This document shows, one piece after another, positions 31,540-42,371 of a DNA stretch of 64,000 nucleotides. Source of the DNA: an uncultured Gemmatimonadaceae bacterium (GTDB lineage: Bacteria; Gemmatimonadota; Gemmatimonadetes; Gemmatimonadales; Gemmatimonadaceae); NCBI GenBank assembly GCA_963716745.1, contig OY970320.1, forward strand, positions 2,048,001 through 2,112,000. Direction: 5' to 3'. The translations under genes and the position numbers were made by a program. Below the pieces are notes generated by a model. That model had not been told where the DNA came from. It saw only the letters and a program-made list of their open reading frames with translations, and did no database searches. How positions within the stretch are numbered: position 1 is the stretch's first letter; every line of letters starts with the position of its first letter.

Positions 31540-33350
31540 ATGCCCCGAATCGCCTCCCGGATCGCGCTCGCCGCCGTCGTCGCGGTCCTCCTATCGCGGC
31601 TCTTGCCCCTCCCGCCAGCCGGCGCGCATGCACTCCACGTGCCGGCTCCCGGACTGCGCGTCGGCATTTCTTTCGCGGCGCAGCAGAGCGCGGTGCCGCT
31701 CGATGGGCGGATGCTGTTCCTCATCTCCACCGATAGCAGCGCGGAGCCGCGCTTCCAGATCATCGACGGCACGGCGACGCAACAGGCGTTCGGCGTGGAC
31801 GTGGACGGTCTCGCGCCCGCGCAGGAGGCGATGTTCGACGCGGACGTGCTCGGATATCCCGTCGCGAGCCTCGCCGGCGTGAAGCCGGGCGACTATTGGG
31901 TGCAGGGGCTGCTGCACGTGTACACGACGTACCACCGCGCCGATGGACATGTGGTGAAGCTGCCGGCCGACCGCGGCGAGGGACAGCAATGGAACCTCGC
32001 GCCGGGGAATCTCTACAGCACGCCGCACTGGATGCACGTCGATCCGTCGAGCGTGGAACCGTTGCACATCGTGCTCGATAAGAAGATCGGACCGTTGCCC
32101 GTCGTGAAGGACACGAAGTACGTGAAGCACGTGCGATTCCTGAGCGAGAAGCTCACGAAGTTCTGGGGAACGCCCACGTATCTCGGTGCGATCGTCGTAT
32201 TGCCGGAGGGGTGGGATACGCACCCCAGCGCGCACTATCCGCTGGCGCTCTCGCACGGGCATTTCGAGGATGACGACGGCGCGATCCGCGAGACGCCGCC
32301 GGATACGACGCTGCCGATGTACAACTTGGATAGCATCGTCATCGCATTGCCCCAACGGCCACGAGGGCGCGTGGTGCACGAAGTTCGGCTACGAGCGCTT
32401 TCAGCAGGTGATGGCGTACAAGTTCTTCCAGCAGTGGACGTCGAAGACCGCGAAGTTCCCGCGCGTGCTCAAGGTGAGCATCCAGCACGCGAACCAGTAC
32501 TACGACGATTCGTACGCGGTGAATTCGGAGAACCTTGGGCCGTACGGCGACGCGATCAACTACGAACTGCTGCCGTTCATCGAGAAGACGTATCGTGGAC
32601 TGGGTCCGTGGGCGCGCGCGACGTATGGCGGCTCGACCGGCGGATGGGAAGCACTGAGCGCGCAGGTGATGTATCCCGATCTCTACAACGGGACGTACGC
32701 GAACTGTCCCGACCCGATCGATTTCCACGCGTACACGACGATCGATATTTACGACGATCCGAACGCGTTCTTCGCGATCGGGCCGTGGCGGACCACGCCG
32801 CGGCCGGCGGAACGGGATTTCCTGGGGCGCACGCGCGCGACGGTGGAGCAGGTGAACACGCGCGAACTCGTGCTCGGTACGCACTCACGATCGGGCGGGC
32901 AGTGGGACATCTGGGAGGCCGTGTTCTCGCCGGTGGGAACCGATGGCTACCCTCAGCGCATCTATGACAAGCGCACGGGCGCGATCGATCCCAAAGTGGC
33001 CGCCTACTGGAAGGAGCACTACGATCTCGTGAACATCATGCGGCGCGACTGGAAGACGCTCGGCCCGAAGCTCAAGGGGAAGATCAACATCAATGTCGGG
33101 ACTGTCCGACAATTTCTTCCTGAACGACGCGGTGTATTACGCGCAGGATCTGCTCGCGAACGTGAAAGACCCGGCGTCGGGCGCGAAGTTCGATTATGGA
33201 TCGCGGGATGAACATTGCTGGAGCGGGGATCACTCGGTGTCGAACGCGGTGTCACGGTTGACCTACGATTCGCGGTTCATTCCGATGATGGCGAAGCACT
33301 GGACGGCGACGGCGCCTGCCGGAGCAGATGTTACCAGCTGGAGGTACTGA
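31540..33350 (+). CDS. Secreted esterase-like alpha/beta hydrolase (indels near 32345 and 33100)
   Basis: SEKLTKFWG..AIVVLPEG..YP; YAVNSENLGPYGDAI; GGSTGGW nucleophile elbow; EHCWSG. Confidence 0.7.
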
Positions 33351-33459
33351 GAGCGGGCCGCTGAGTCGACAGTCAACAGCTCACAGTCTACAGTCAACAG
33401 TGATGGCATGACCACTTTGAACTGCAACGGCGTCCCCAGTGAGTGGTGCGTCGTGAACG

Positions 33460-33487
33460 CTTCCCGCTTCCCGCTTCCCGAGTAGTT
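33460..33487. repeat. (GCTTCCC)n-GAGTAGTT repeat arm
   Basis: Reverse complement matches 37490-37516. Confidence 0.75.
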
Positions 33488-33488
33488 C

Positions 33489-34211
33489 ATGGCCGACGAT
33501 AGCGCGCCACAGCTCGAGACGTTCGCTTCGTTCGAGACGCTGTCGCTCGGCGCGGCGGAGCGCATCGCGCACGCGGCGCGCGCGGCGGTGTACAGCCGCA
33601 AGCGCTTCCGTCTCGTGCTGTCGGGCGGCGAACAGCTGCGGTCGCTCTACCGGCGGCTCGCGGAGGAGTATCACGACCGCATCCAGTGGCCGCAGGCGGC
33701 GGTGTTCTTCGCCGACGAGCGGTGCGTGCCGGCGCACAACGCCGAGAGCAATTACGCGATGGCGGCCGGTGCGCTGCTGTCGCACGTGCCGATCGCGAAG
33801 CGCAACGAGCATCGCCTCACGGGCGAACTCGACGCGGCCGACGCGGCGCGGACCTACGAGAAGGAGCTGCGCCGCGAGTTCCCGATCGCGGACGACGCGA
33901 CCTTCGATCTCCTGCTCCTGAACGTGGGTGAGGATGGGAGCATCGCGTCGCTCTTCCCGGGAAGTACGTCGCTCCAAGAACACGAGCGGTGGGTGCTGCC
34001 CGTTCGCGCGCCGGCGACGGAGAAGACCGCCGAACGGATCACGCTGACGCTGCCGATCCTGAACCGCGCGCGCGAAGTGATCCTGATCGCCGCGGGCGCC
34101 GCGCGCGCCGCGATCGCGCGGGCCGTCCTCGATCGCGACCCCGCCGCGCTCGAGCTCCCCGCCGCGATGGTGCGGGGGCTCGAGAAGACGGTGTGGCTGA
34201 CTACGCCATAG
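33489..34211 (+). CDS. pgl: 6-phosphogluconolactonase family protein
   Basis: LVLSGG, FFADERCVP..SNY, GEDG-IASLFPG, RITLTLPILN. Confidence 0.85.
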   Translation: MADDSAPQLETFASFETLSLGAAERIAHAARAAVYSRKRFRLVLSGGEQLRSLYRRLAEEYHDRIQWPQAAVFFADERCVPAHNAESNYAMAAGALLSHVPIAKRNEHRLTGELDAADAARTYEKELRREFPIADDATFDLLLLNVGEDGSIASLFPGSTSLQEHERWVLPVRAPATEKTAERITLTLPILNRAREVILIAAGAARAAIARAVLDRDPAALELPAAMVRGLEKTVWLTTP

Positions 34212-37200
34212 TCACGGCGAGACCGCCGGCACCTTCAGCTCCACCATCATCGCGTTGAACGCCGCGAGATCCTTGTCTGTCAGGGTCTTCAGGATCGCCT
34301 GCTGCGCGCGCGTCTGCTTCACCAGATCGTCGAGGGACGTGGTCATCCCGACGGTGGGCGGGTCGTCGGAGCCCTGAATCATGGCATTGAGCGTGAGCAG
34401 CTGATTGTAGATCCGCACCGGGTACACGAGCGTGATCTCGTCCGCGTGCGAGTTCACTTCGGCGAGGTCGCCGCGCACGGCTTCGAGTTTCGCGCGCAGC
34501 GCCTTCGCGGCGTCGGCCACGCGCGTCGCGTACGGCTGCGACGCGGTCTGCGACGTGCGCTCGTCGAGCTGCCGCTGGATGCTCTGGATCGCCGTCACCG
34601 TGCTGCTCACCGAGTCGATCGCATCATGCACTTTCATCGAGAAGATGAACTGTCCGGCATATCCGGCGGGCGTCGTCTTGAGGCGCGGGTCGCCGATCAC
34701 GGTGAACGTACGCGTCATGCTGTCCTTGCCGGCGACGATCCGCACCGAGTAGCGGCCGGGCACCGCCGGCGGACCATCGACGAATCCTTCATCATCGACG
34801 ATGTCGTCGAGATGCTTCGCGCCGGGATACTTGAGGTCCCAGTTGAACCGGTTCGCGCCCGCGCGCGCGGGCACCACCGAATCACCCGGCTCATAGAAGA
34901 CGCTATCGTTCTGCTCGCGCTGCCGGTAGGAGAGTCGCGCGATCACGGCGCTATCCGTCACGCCGCTGTCGGTCTTGGGCTTGTCGCTCTTGAAGCTGCG
35001 GATGAGCGTGCCCGCGGAATCGAAGAGGCTGAGCGTGACCGTCCCCGTTGGCTGGGACTTCAGCCAGTAGTCGAGGATGAGCCCGGTGGGCGGGTTCGTC
35101 GCGACATTCTCGCCGCGCCCGCGGCCGCCCGCATATCGCTGCGCCGGCGGGGGCGCGAACACGAACAGATTCGATTTGCGCACGGAGTCGGCGATCTGCC
35201 GCAGCGGCGTGATGTCGTCCAGCGACCAGAACGAACGGCCGTGCGTGGCGACGAGCAAGTCGGCGCCGTGGATCGTGAGGTCGCGCATCGAGGTATTCGG
35301 CAAGTTGAGCTGCAGCGACTGCCAGTGCGCGCCGTCGTCGAAGGAGACGTACACGGCGCTCTCGGTGCCGGCGAAGAGCAGGCCGCGGCGCACCGGATCC
35401 TCGCGGATCGTGCGCGTGAAATCGTTGTCCGGGATGCCATTCGTGATCCGGGTCCATGTCTTGCCGTAGTCGGTGGTCTTGAGCAGGTACGGATGGAAAT
35501 CGTCCTGCTGATTGCGGATCACCGCGAGGTACGCGGCGCCCGCATCGAAGTGCGACGGCTCCACGATGTTCATCTTCGCGTACTTGCCGAGGTTCGGCGG
35601 CGTGACGTTCGTCCACGTCGCGCCGGCGTCCTTGGAGACGTTGAGCAGACCGTCGTCCGAGCCCGCCCAGAGCACGCCCGCCTTCACCGGCGATTCGGCG
35701 AAGGTGAACACCGTGGCATACCACTCGGTGCCCGTCATGTCGTACGTGATCGGGCCGCCCGACGGTCCCATGGTGGCGGGATCGTGCAGGGTGAGGTCGG
35801 GGCTGATCGCCTTCCACGTCTGCCCTTCGTCCGTCGTAAGGAACACTCTCTGCGCGCCGACGTAGAGCCGCTTGTTGTCGTGCGGCGAGTACACGATCGG
35901 GAACGTCCACGCGAAGCGGTACGGCACGTCCTTCACGGCGTAGCCATCCCAGTTGTTCACGCCGAGCGAGATGTCCTGCGTCTGTTTCGTGAGGTGGTCG
36001 TAGCGCGTGATGGTGCCCATGTAGCTCGAGCCGATCACGATGTTCGGTTCGCCCGCCTTCACCGCGATGTAGCCGCTCTCGCCGCCGCCCACCGGCCAGA
36101 AGTCGCGGATGCCGATCGCGCCGTTGTCGGACATGCTCGCGATCGAGACCGAAGAATTGTCCTGCTGCGAGCCATACACGCGGTACGGGAATTGATCGTC
36201 GGTGAGCACGTGATAGAACTGCGCGGTGGGCTGCGTGTAGACGCTCGACCACGTGGCGCCCTGATCCATGCTGATCTGCGCGCCGCCGTCGTTGCCGTTG
36301 ATCATGCGGTTGTGATCGTTCGGATCGATCCACATGATGTGCGTGTCGCCGTGCGGCACGCGCACGCGCTGGAACGTCTTGCCGCCGTCGATGGACCGCA
36401 TGACGCTGAGGTTCATGACGTACACGGTGTTCGCGTCGCTCGGATCGGCGGTGAGCAGGGAGTAGTACCACGCGCGCACGCGGAAGCCCTGGTCGCTGTT
36501 CACGCGCTTCCACGTGGCGCCCGCATCCTCGGACCGGAAGATCCCGCCCGAACTGTCCGGTGCTTCGACGCTGGCGTACACACGGTTCGGCTGCGCGGGC
36601 GACACGCTCACGCCGATGCGCCCGAGCGGCGTGGACGGAAGGCCCGGTCGTGAGGAGAGCTCTTTCCAGGTGTCGCCGCCGTCCATGGATTTCCAGAGGC
36701 CGCTCTTGCCGCCGCCGGCGTCGAGGCCCCACGGCGTGCGGCGCGCGCGCCACATCGAGGCGTACAGGATGCGCGGGTTCGACGGGTCCATGTTCAGATC
36801 GATCGCGCCGGTGTTCTCGTCGAGGTAGAGCACCTTCTGCCAGGTGCGGCCGCCGTCCGTCGTACGGAAGACGCCGCGCATCGCGTTCGGCCCGAAGGCG
36901 TGGCCCATCGCCGCCACGTACGCGACGTCCGGATTGCGCGGGTGCACGGCGATCACGCCAATGTGGCGCGTGTCATCGAGGCCGAGGTGTTGCCACGTCT
37001 CGCCGCGGTCGGTGGACCGCCACACTCCGTTCCCGTGCGTGAGGTCCTCACGCCAGTCGGTCTCGCCGGTGCCCACCCAGATCACATTCGGGTCGCTCGG
37101 TGCGATCGCGATCGCGCCGACGGAAGCGATCGTGGACTTCCCATCGGTGATATTGGTCCAGCTTTGGCCGGCGTTCGTCGTGCGCCAGACGCCGCCATCT

Positions 37201-37421
37201 ACGGCGCCGAAGTAGAATTCCTGTCGGCGGGTCGGGTGTCCCACGACGGCCACCGCTCGTCCTCCACGGAAGGGGCCGACGAGCCGCCAGGTGAGTCCGC
37301 GGAGCGCTGGATCGTAAGCGGGGCGTGCCGAATCGGCCTTGGATTGGGTGGCGGCCGGGACGGCGGCGGCGGCGAGGAACGCGAGCGCGGCGAAGGCGCG
37401 GCGCGTAGTGACAGCGGGCAT
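34212..37421 (-). CDS. VPS10/BNR (Asp-box) repeat glycosyl hydrolase-like protein
   Basis: WRLVGPFRGGR; many S-D-G-TW Asp boxes; ATHGRSFW. Confidence 0.9.
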   Translation of the reverse strand: MPAVTTRRAFAALAFLAAAAVPAATQSKADSARPAYDPALRGLTWRLVGPFRGGRAVAVVGHPTRRQEFYFGAVDGGVWRTTNAGQSWTNITDGKSTIASVGAIAIAPSDPNVIWVGTGETDWREDLTHGNGVWRSTDRGETWQHLGLDDTRHIGVIAVHPRNPDVAYVAAMGHAFGPNAMRGVFRTTDGGRTWQKVLYLDENTGAIDLNMDPSNPRILYASMWRARRTPWGLDAGGGKSGLWKSMDGGDTWKELSSRPGLPSTPLGRIGVSVSPAQPNRVYASVEAPDSSGGIFRSEDAGATWKRVNSDQGFRVRAWYYSLLTADPSDANTVYVMNLSVMRSIDGGKTFQRVRVPHGDTHIMWIDPNDHNRMINGNDGGAQISMDQGATWSSVYTQPTAQFYHVLTDDQFPYRVYGSQQDNSSVSIASMSDNGAIGIRDFWPVGGGESGYIAVKAGEPNIVIGSSYMGTITRYDHLTKQTQDISLGVNNWDGYAVKDVPYRFAWTFPIVYSPHDNKRLYVGAQRVFLTTDEGQTWKAISPDLTLHDPATMGPSGGPITYDMTGTEWYATVFTFAESPVKAGVLWAGSDDGLLNVSKDAGATWTNVTPPNLGKYAKMNIVEPSHFDAGAAYLAVIRNQQDDFHPYLLKTTDYGKTWTRITNGIPDNDFTRTIREDPVRRGLLFAGTESAVYVSFDDGAHWQSLQLNLPNTSMRDLTIHGADLLVATHGRSFWSLDDITPLRQIADSVRKSNLFVFAPPPAQRYAGGRGRGENVATNPPTGLILDYWLKSQPTGTVTLSLFDSAGTLIRSFKSDKPKTDSGVTDSAVIARLSYRQREQNDSVFYEPGDSVVPARAGANRFNWDLKYPGAKHLDDIVDDEGFVDGPPAVPGRYSVRIVAGKDSMTRTFTVIGDPRLKTTPAGYAGQFIFSMKVHDAIDSVSSTVTAIQSIQRQLDERTSQTASQPYATRVADAAKALRAKLEAVRGDLAEVNSHADEITLVYPVRIYNQLLTLNAMIQGSDDPPTVGMTTSLDDLVKQTRAQQAILKTLTDKDLAAFNAMMVELKVPAVSP

Positions 37422-37489
37422 GGTGGGACTCCGTGGCGCGGGTGATGTCGGCGCGAATCTTACGACGGGTGCGGCGAGGGCGCTATCCT

Positions 37490-37530
37490 AACTACTCGGG
37501 AAGCGGGAAGCGGGAATCGGGAATCGGGAA
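37490..37530. repeat. AACTAC-anchored (GGGAAGC/GGGAATC)n heptamer arm
   Basis: AACTACTCGGGAAGCGGGAAGCGGGAATCGGGAATCGGGAAT. Confidence 0.8.
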
Positions 37531-37533
37531 TGA

Positions 37534-38856
37534 ATGGTGAATAGGAAACTCGTAGTCATCGCGGGGCTCATTTTTCTCGCGGCCTTCATGGCCGGCTCTT
37601 TCGCGCAGCCGAGTACGCGCGCGCGTGTGCGGGCGTTGGAGGCGCGCATGCACGCCATGCGCGGGCCGAAGTTCCCGGACGGGGACACGCTCGCGATCGC
37701 CGACACGCTCTTCGCGCGCTGCGGCACGATCGAGAAGACGAAGAAGGAGCAGTGCTACGGCCCACAGGTCCTGGCGCTGCGAGAGCAGCGCGGCACGCGT
37801 TTCGCGATGGGATCGCTGCACCGCCTCATCGCGCTGGATCGCGACGTGGCATTCACCGGCCACGACTACGCGCACATGATCGGGATCAAGACCTTCCAGG
37901 CGTCCGGTGATTTCTCTTCGTCGTTCAAGAGCTGCACCGAGATCCTGCAGTCCGGCTGCTACCACGGCGTGATCCAGACGTACCTCATGAGCTTCCCGAA
38001 CGTGGGCGCGCCCGAGGTGACGGCCGCGTGCCGCGAATACACCGCGGCGACCGCCGACCGCTGGCTGCGTTTCCAGTGCGTGCACGGGATGGGCCACGGC
38101 CTCACGATGTTCTACGACCACGACCTGCCGCGCGCGCTGAAAGGCTGCGACCTGCTGGCCGAGGAGTGGGACCAGAAATCCTGCTATGGCGGCGCGTTCA
38201 TGGAGAACATCGTGTTCGCGACCGACCCGAGCATGGCGAACATGGTGATGCACAAGGACGATGATGGCATGCACATGAACATGCCGATGGATGCGCACGG
38301 AGCGCCGCCGGCGAAGTTCAAGATGATCGACCGCGCCGATCCCAATTTCCCGTGCTCGGCGTTGGGCGAGCGCTATCAGAACGATTGTTGGCAGATGCAG
38401 CCGGCGGTGATGCTCTACCTGTTCGAGGGCGACTGGCAGAAGACGTTCGACGCGTGCGACAAGGCGCCGGAAGCGTGGCGCCCGGAATGTTACCAAGGGC
38501 TCGGAACGAGCATCAGCGGCGGCACGATCCAGGATCACGGCGATGCGATCCGCCTGTGCTCACGCGGCAGCGCGCGCTACCAGCCGTGGTGCTATGAAGG
38601 CGTCGTCAAGAATTTCATCGACGTGACCGCGAAATCGGAGGATGGGATCTCCTTCTGCAAGGTCGTGCCCGGCCGCGCGAACCGGCTCAAGTGCTACGCG
38701 AGCGTGGGCGAGGAGATCGCGGTGCTGCGGAATTCGCTCGATGACCGCAAACCGATGTGCGACGTCATCACCGGCGATGCCGACGGCCGCGACGCGTGCC
38801 TGTTCGGCGCACAACTCACAACGGAACCGCCGCGCGGGCTGCCGGTTGCCCGCTAG
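37534..38856 (+). CDS. Exported Cys/His-rich repeat protein of unknown function
   Basis: GCYHG, CVHGMGHG, CYGGAFME, CY-G repeats; His/Met-rich insert. Confidence 0.7.
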   Translation: MVNRKLVVIAGLIFLAAFMAGSFAQPSTRARVRALEARMHAMRGPKFPDGDTLAIADTLFARCGTIEKTKKEQCYGPQVLALREQRGTRFAMGSLHRLIALDRDVAFTGHDYAHMIGIKTFQASGDFSSSFKSCTEILQSGCYHGVIQTYLMSFPNVGAPEVTAACREYTAATADRWLRFQCVHGMGHGLTMFYDHDLPRALKGCDLLAEEWDQKSCYGGAFMENIVFATDPSMANMVMHKDDDGMHMNMPMDAHGAPPAKFKMIDRADPNFPCSALGERYQNDCWQMQPAVMLYLFEGDWQKTFDACDKAPEAWRPECYQGLGTSISGGTIQDHGDAIRLCSRGSARYQPWCYEGVVKNFIDVTAKSEDGISFCKVVPGRANRLKCYASVGEEIAVLRNSLDDRKPMCDVITGDADGRDACLFGAQLTTEPPRGLPVAR

Positions 38857-38877
38857 TTCGGCGGCCCTGCGCGCGGC

Positions 38878-40188
38878 ATGAAGCTCCAGCGCACGCTCGG
38901 CACGCTCGCGCTCGTCTTCGTCCTCTTCTTCTGCACGTCGGGCGGCGCGTTCACCACGGAAACGCTCGTCGCGAGCGTCGGACCGGGGCTCGCGCTGCTC
39001 GTGCTCGTCGCGGTGCCGCTGTTCTGGTCGCTGCCCGAAGTGCTCATCATCGGCGAGCTGGCGAGCATGCTGCCGGAAGAGGGCGGCTACTACAAATGGG
39101 TGCGCCGCGCATTCGGTCCGTTCTGGGCGTTCCAGAACGGCTGGCTCACGTGGATGTATTCGCTCGTGGACATGGCGCTGTACCCGGTGCTCTTCAATCA
39201 GTACCTCGCGTATTTCGTGCCAGGACTCGGCGTCGAGGCGCGCTGGGCGGTGTCACTGGCGGTGATCTGGCTGCCCACCGCGATGAACCTCGCGGGCGCG
39301 CGGTTCGTGGGGCGCGTGTCCATCGTGGCGGGATCGTTCATCGTGCTCGGCTTCTTCGTGCTCGCCGCCGCCGCGGTGCCGCATATCTCGCACGTGCCGT
39401 GGGCGCCGTTCGCGAAGGGCGAACATGGGACGATGGGTGCGATCGGTGTCGGATTATCGCTCGCACTCTGGAATTACACCGGCTGGGACAATGCGAGCAC
39501 GGTGCAAGGCGAAGTGGTGGACGCGACGCGCAGCTATCCGCGCGCGCTGATGTTCGGGCTGCCGCTAGTGATGCTCGGGTATCTCATCCCGCTCACCGCG
39601 ACGCTCGGCGCGAGCGACTGGACGACGTGGACCGAGGGCGGCTGGCCCGAGATCGCGCGCGCGTCGGCAGGTGCGCTCGGGCCGATGCTCGCGACGTGGA
39701 TCGCGCTTGCGGGATTGGTGAGCGCGCTCGCGCTGTTCAATGCGCTGCTATTGGCGTATTCACGCGTGCCGCTCGCCATGGCGGATGACGGACTATTGCC
39801 GCGATTCCTCGCACGCACCGACGCACGCGGGACTCCGCGGAACGCCGTGCTCGCGAGCGCCGTGTGCTATTCGGTGTTCGCGCTCGCATCGCTCCAGGGA
39901 CTCGTCGTCGCGGATGTGCTGCTCTACGCGCTGGCGCTCTTCCTGGAATTCGGCGCGCTGATCCGCCTGCGCATCCGCGAGCCGGAACTTCGAGGCGCAT
40001 TCCGAATCCGCACCGGCACGGCGGGGGTGACGGTGCTGGCGGTGATCCCGATGGTGATGCTGATCGTCGTCGTCGCGCTGGAGATGCAAGACGGGGAATT
40101 CGGATTCCCGGCGGTGATCGGCGCGCTCGCGGCGGCGGCGTTGGGGCCGATCATGTACAGGATCGTGAAGCGCTATGTGCGCGTGTAG
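38878..40188 (+). CDS. APC family amino acid/polyamine permease
   Basis: SGGAF, ELASMLPEEGGYYKWV, WNYTGWD, SRVPLAMADDGLLP. Confidence 0.9.
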   Translation: MKLQRTLGTLALVFVLFFCTSGGAFTTETLVASVGPGLALLVLVAVPLFWSLPEVLIIGELASMLPEEGGYYKWVRRAFGPFWAFQNGWLTWMYSLVDMALYPVLFNQYLAYFVPGLGVEARWAVSLAVIWLPTAMNLAGARFVGRVSIVAGSFIVLGFFVLAAAAVPHISHVPWAPFAKGEHGTMGAIGVGLSLALWNYTGWDNASTVQGEVVDATRSYPRALMFGLPLVMLGYLIPLTATLGASDWTTWTEGGWPEIARASAGALGPMLATWIALAGLVSALALFNALLLAYSRVPLAMADDGLLPRFLARTDARGTPRNAVLASAVCYSVFALASLQGLVVADVLLYALALFLEFGALIRLRIREPELRGAFRIRTGTAGVTVLAVIPMVMLIVVVALEMQDGEFGFPAVIGALAAAALGPIMYRIVKRYVRV

Positions 40189-40326
40189 GCCTTAGTACCG
40201 CTGGAACGGCGCGTATAGCAACTGAGCGTATGGTACCACAGGGCGTGAGTTGGAGCCCCACTCGCGCCGAGCAGTACCATACGCTCAGTTGCTATACGCG
40301 CTGTTTCAGTGGTACCAAGGCCTACA
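40184..40326. repeat. REP-doublet/MITE-like inverted repeat, copy 1
   Basis: 53-bp arms TGTAGGCCTT..ATGGTAC / GTACCAT..AAGGCCTACA with 4 differences. Confidence 0.9.
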
Positions 40327-40337
40327 AACGCCTCTGA

Positions 40338-41712
40338 TCAGTAGGCAGCCCCGAAGGCCACTACCGCGATCACCGCGGAGCACATCGCCATCTGTCGCGG
40401 ATCGAGCTTGTCCGGAGTATCCGCGTACGTGTGATGGTACCAGAAGTATTTCGAGTCGTCGGTGTCGAGCGAGAGGGCGGGAACGCCGAGTGCGTTGAGC
40501 GGACCTTCGTCGGCCTCCGACTCGCCTTTGCGCACCGTGGTCACGCCAATGCGCTCGAGTGGCGAGATCACGGTCTTGATCGCCGCGATCACCGTGTCGG
40601 AGCCCGACACGAATACGCCGTGCGGCGTGAACGCGCCGTTGTCGCTCTCCATCGCGAGCACGATATCCTTCACTTCAGCCTTGTGCGCGTCGGCATAGGC
40701 GCGGCCGCCGGCAAGTCCGCTCTCTTCATTCGTCCAGAGCACGACGCGCACCGTGCGGCGCGGGTGCAAGCCGAGCTTCTTGATGAGCTTCACGGCCTGC
40801 CACGCCACGACGCTGCCGGCGCCGTCATCCATCGCGCCCTGGCCCACATCCCACGAATCGATGTGCCCGCCCACGACGATCACCTCGTTCGGCCGCTCGG
40901 AGCCGCGCACTTCGCCTACGACGTTCCGCGATGGTGCGAGGGGCAAATTCCGCGCGCCCATCGTGAGCGTGACCAGCAGTTTCTCGCCGCGCTTCTGCAT
41001 GCGGTGCAGCATCATCGCGTCTTCCACCGTGATCGCGGCGGCGGGGATGCGTTTGGTGCTGTCGCCGTAGTGCAGCGCGCCGGTGTGCGGCGTGCGGAGC
41101 GACATTGGCGTCACCGAGCGCACGAGCACCGCGACCGCGCCGAACTGCATGGCGGAATCCGGGCCCGATCCGCGGTATTGCACGGCGGCGCCGTACGCCT
41201 CGAACGCGGGCTCGCCGGTGGGGAATGGGAAATCGAAGAGCACGATCTTGCCGGCCACATCGTGCGCGTGCGCGCGCAGGTCCTCGAAATCGTTCACCAC
41301 GATCACCGGCGCGGTGATGCCGCCGGCCGGCGTGCCGATGCTGCGCCCCAGTCCCAGCATGTGCAGCGTATCGCGACGCGGCGAGATCAGCACCGCGCTC
41401 TCGGCGCCGCGGTCCCACACCGGCACCATCACGGCTTCCGTGTGCACGTTCTCGAGACCGTCGGCCTTCATCTGTTCCACCATCCAGTCGATGGCGTGTT
41501 CCAGGCGCGCCGAACCGCTCGGCCGATTGCCGAATGTGTCGGCGAGCAATGCGAGCCGTTCCCACGCCGAACTGTCGGCGAGAGCGGCATCGATGAGTTT
41601 GTTCTGCGACGCGCGCGCCGCGGCGTCGGGGACGGGGATGCGCTGCGCGCTGAGCGGACGCGGCGGCGAGCAATGCGGCGAGCGCGATGGCGCATGGTGC
41701 GAATGTCTTCAT
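40338..41712 (-). CDS. M28 peptidase (carboxypeptidase Q-like); indel near 41640
   Basis: GGHIDSWDVGQGAMDD, WTNEESG, ESDNG, YHHTYADT. Confidence 0.92.
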
Positions 41713-41723
41713 GGCGGCGGAAG

Positions 41724-42371
41724 CTATCCGGCGGTCGCCACGCCGGCCAGCCACTCGCGTGCCGCGTCGATGTCCCCGCGCGTGAGCGTGTGGCCGGCGT
41801 GATCCCATCGCAGTGTGACATTGGCGCCCGCCTCGCGCAGCGCGGTCGCGAGCTTGTCCGTCTCTTCGGGCGGCACGAGCTGATCGCTCAGCCCTGCCGC
41901 GAGGAACACGGGAGTTCCCGGGAGCGCCGACGCACGATGCCCGATGCCCGATGTCCGCGTGACGATCTGCGCGCGGAACATCGCCGCGCCGGCGAATACC
42001 GGGCCCTCGAGCAACAACATCGCGCCGATCATGTTCGCGCCGTTCGAGAATCCGGCGGCGATCACGGACTTCGCGTCGAACCCGTAGTGCGTCGCGGCCG
42101 CCTGCAGGAACGCCGAGACCTCGCGTGCGCGGCGTTCGACGTCGTCGTGATCGAACACGCCTTCAGCCAGCCGGCGGAAGAATCGTGCGGCACCCCCTTC
42201 GCTCACGTTGCCGCGTGGACTCAGCAGTGCGGCGCCGGGCGCCAGCAGGCGGCCCAGCGGGATCAGATCATTCTCGTCGGCGCCCGTGCCGTGGAGCAGG
42301 AGCAATGTCGGCGCGCCCGTCGCGGCCGCCGGCTCATAACGATGGATGTAGCCGAGATCCGCCGTGCTCAC
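41724..42371 (-). CDS. Alpha/beta hydrolase (MhqD-like carboxylesterase)
   Basis: LLLHGTG-DENDL, SPRG, RFFRR, GFSNGAN, GH. Confidence 0.9.
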   Translation of the reverse strand: MSTADLGYIHRYEPAAATGAPTLLLLHGTGADENDLIPLGRLLAPGAALLSPRGNVSEGGAARFFRRLAEGVFDHDDVERRAREVSAFLQAAATHYGFDAKSVIAAGFSNGANMIGAMLLLEGPVFAGAAMFRAQIVTRTSGIGHRASALPGTPVFLAAGLSDQLVPPEETDKLATALREAGANVTLRWDHAGHTLTRGDIDAAREWLAGVATAG

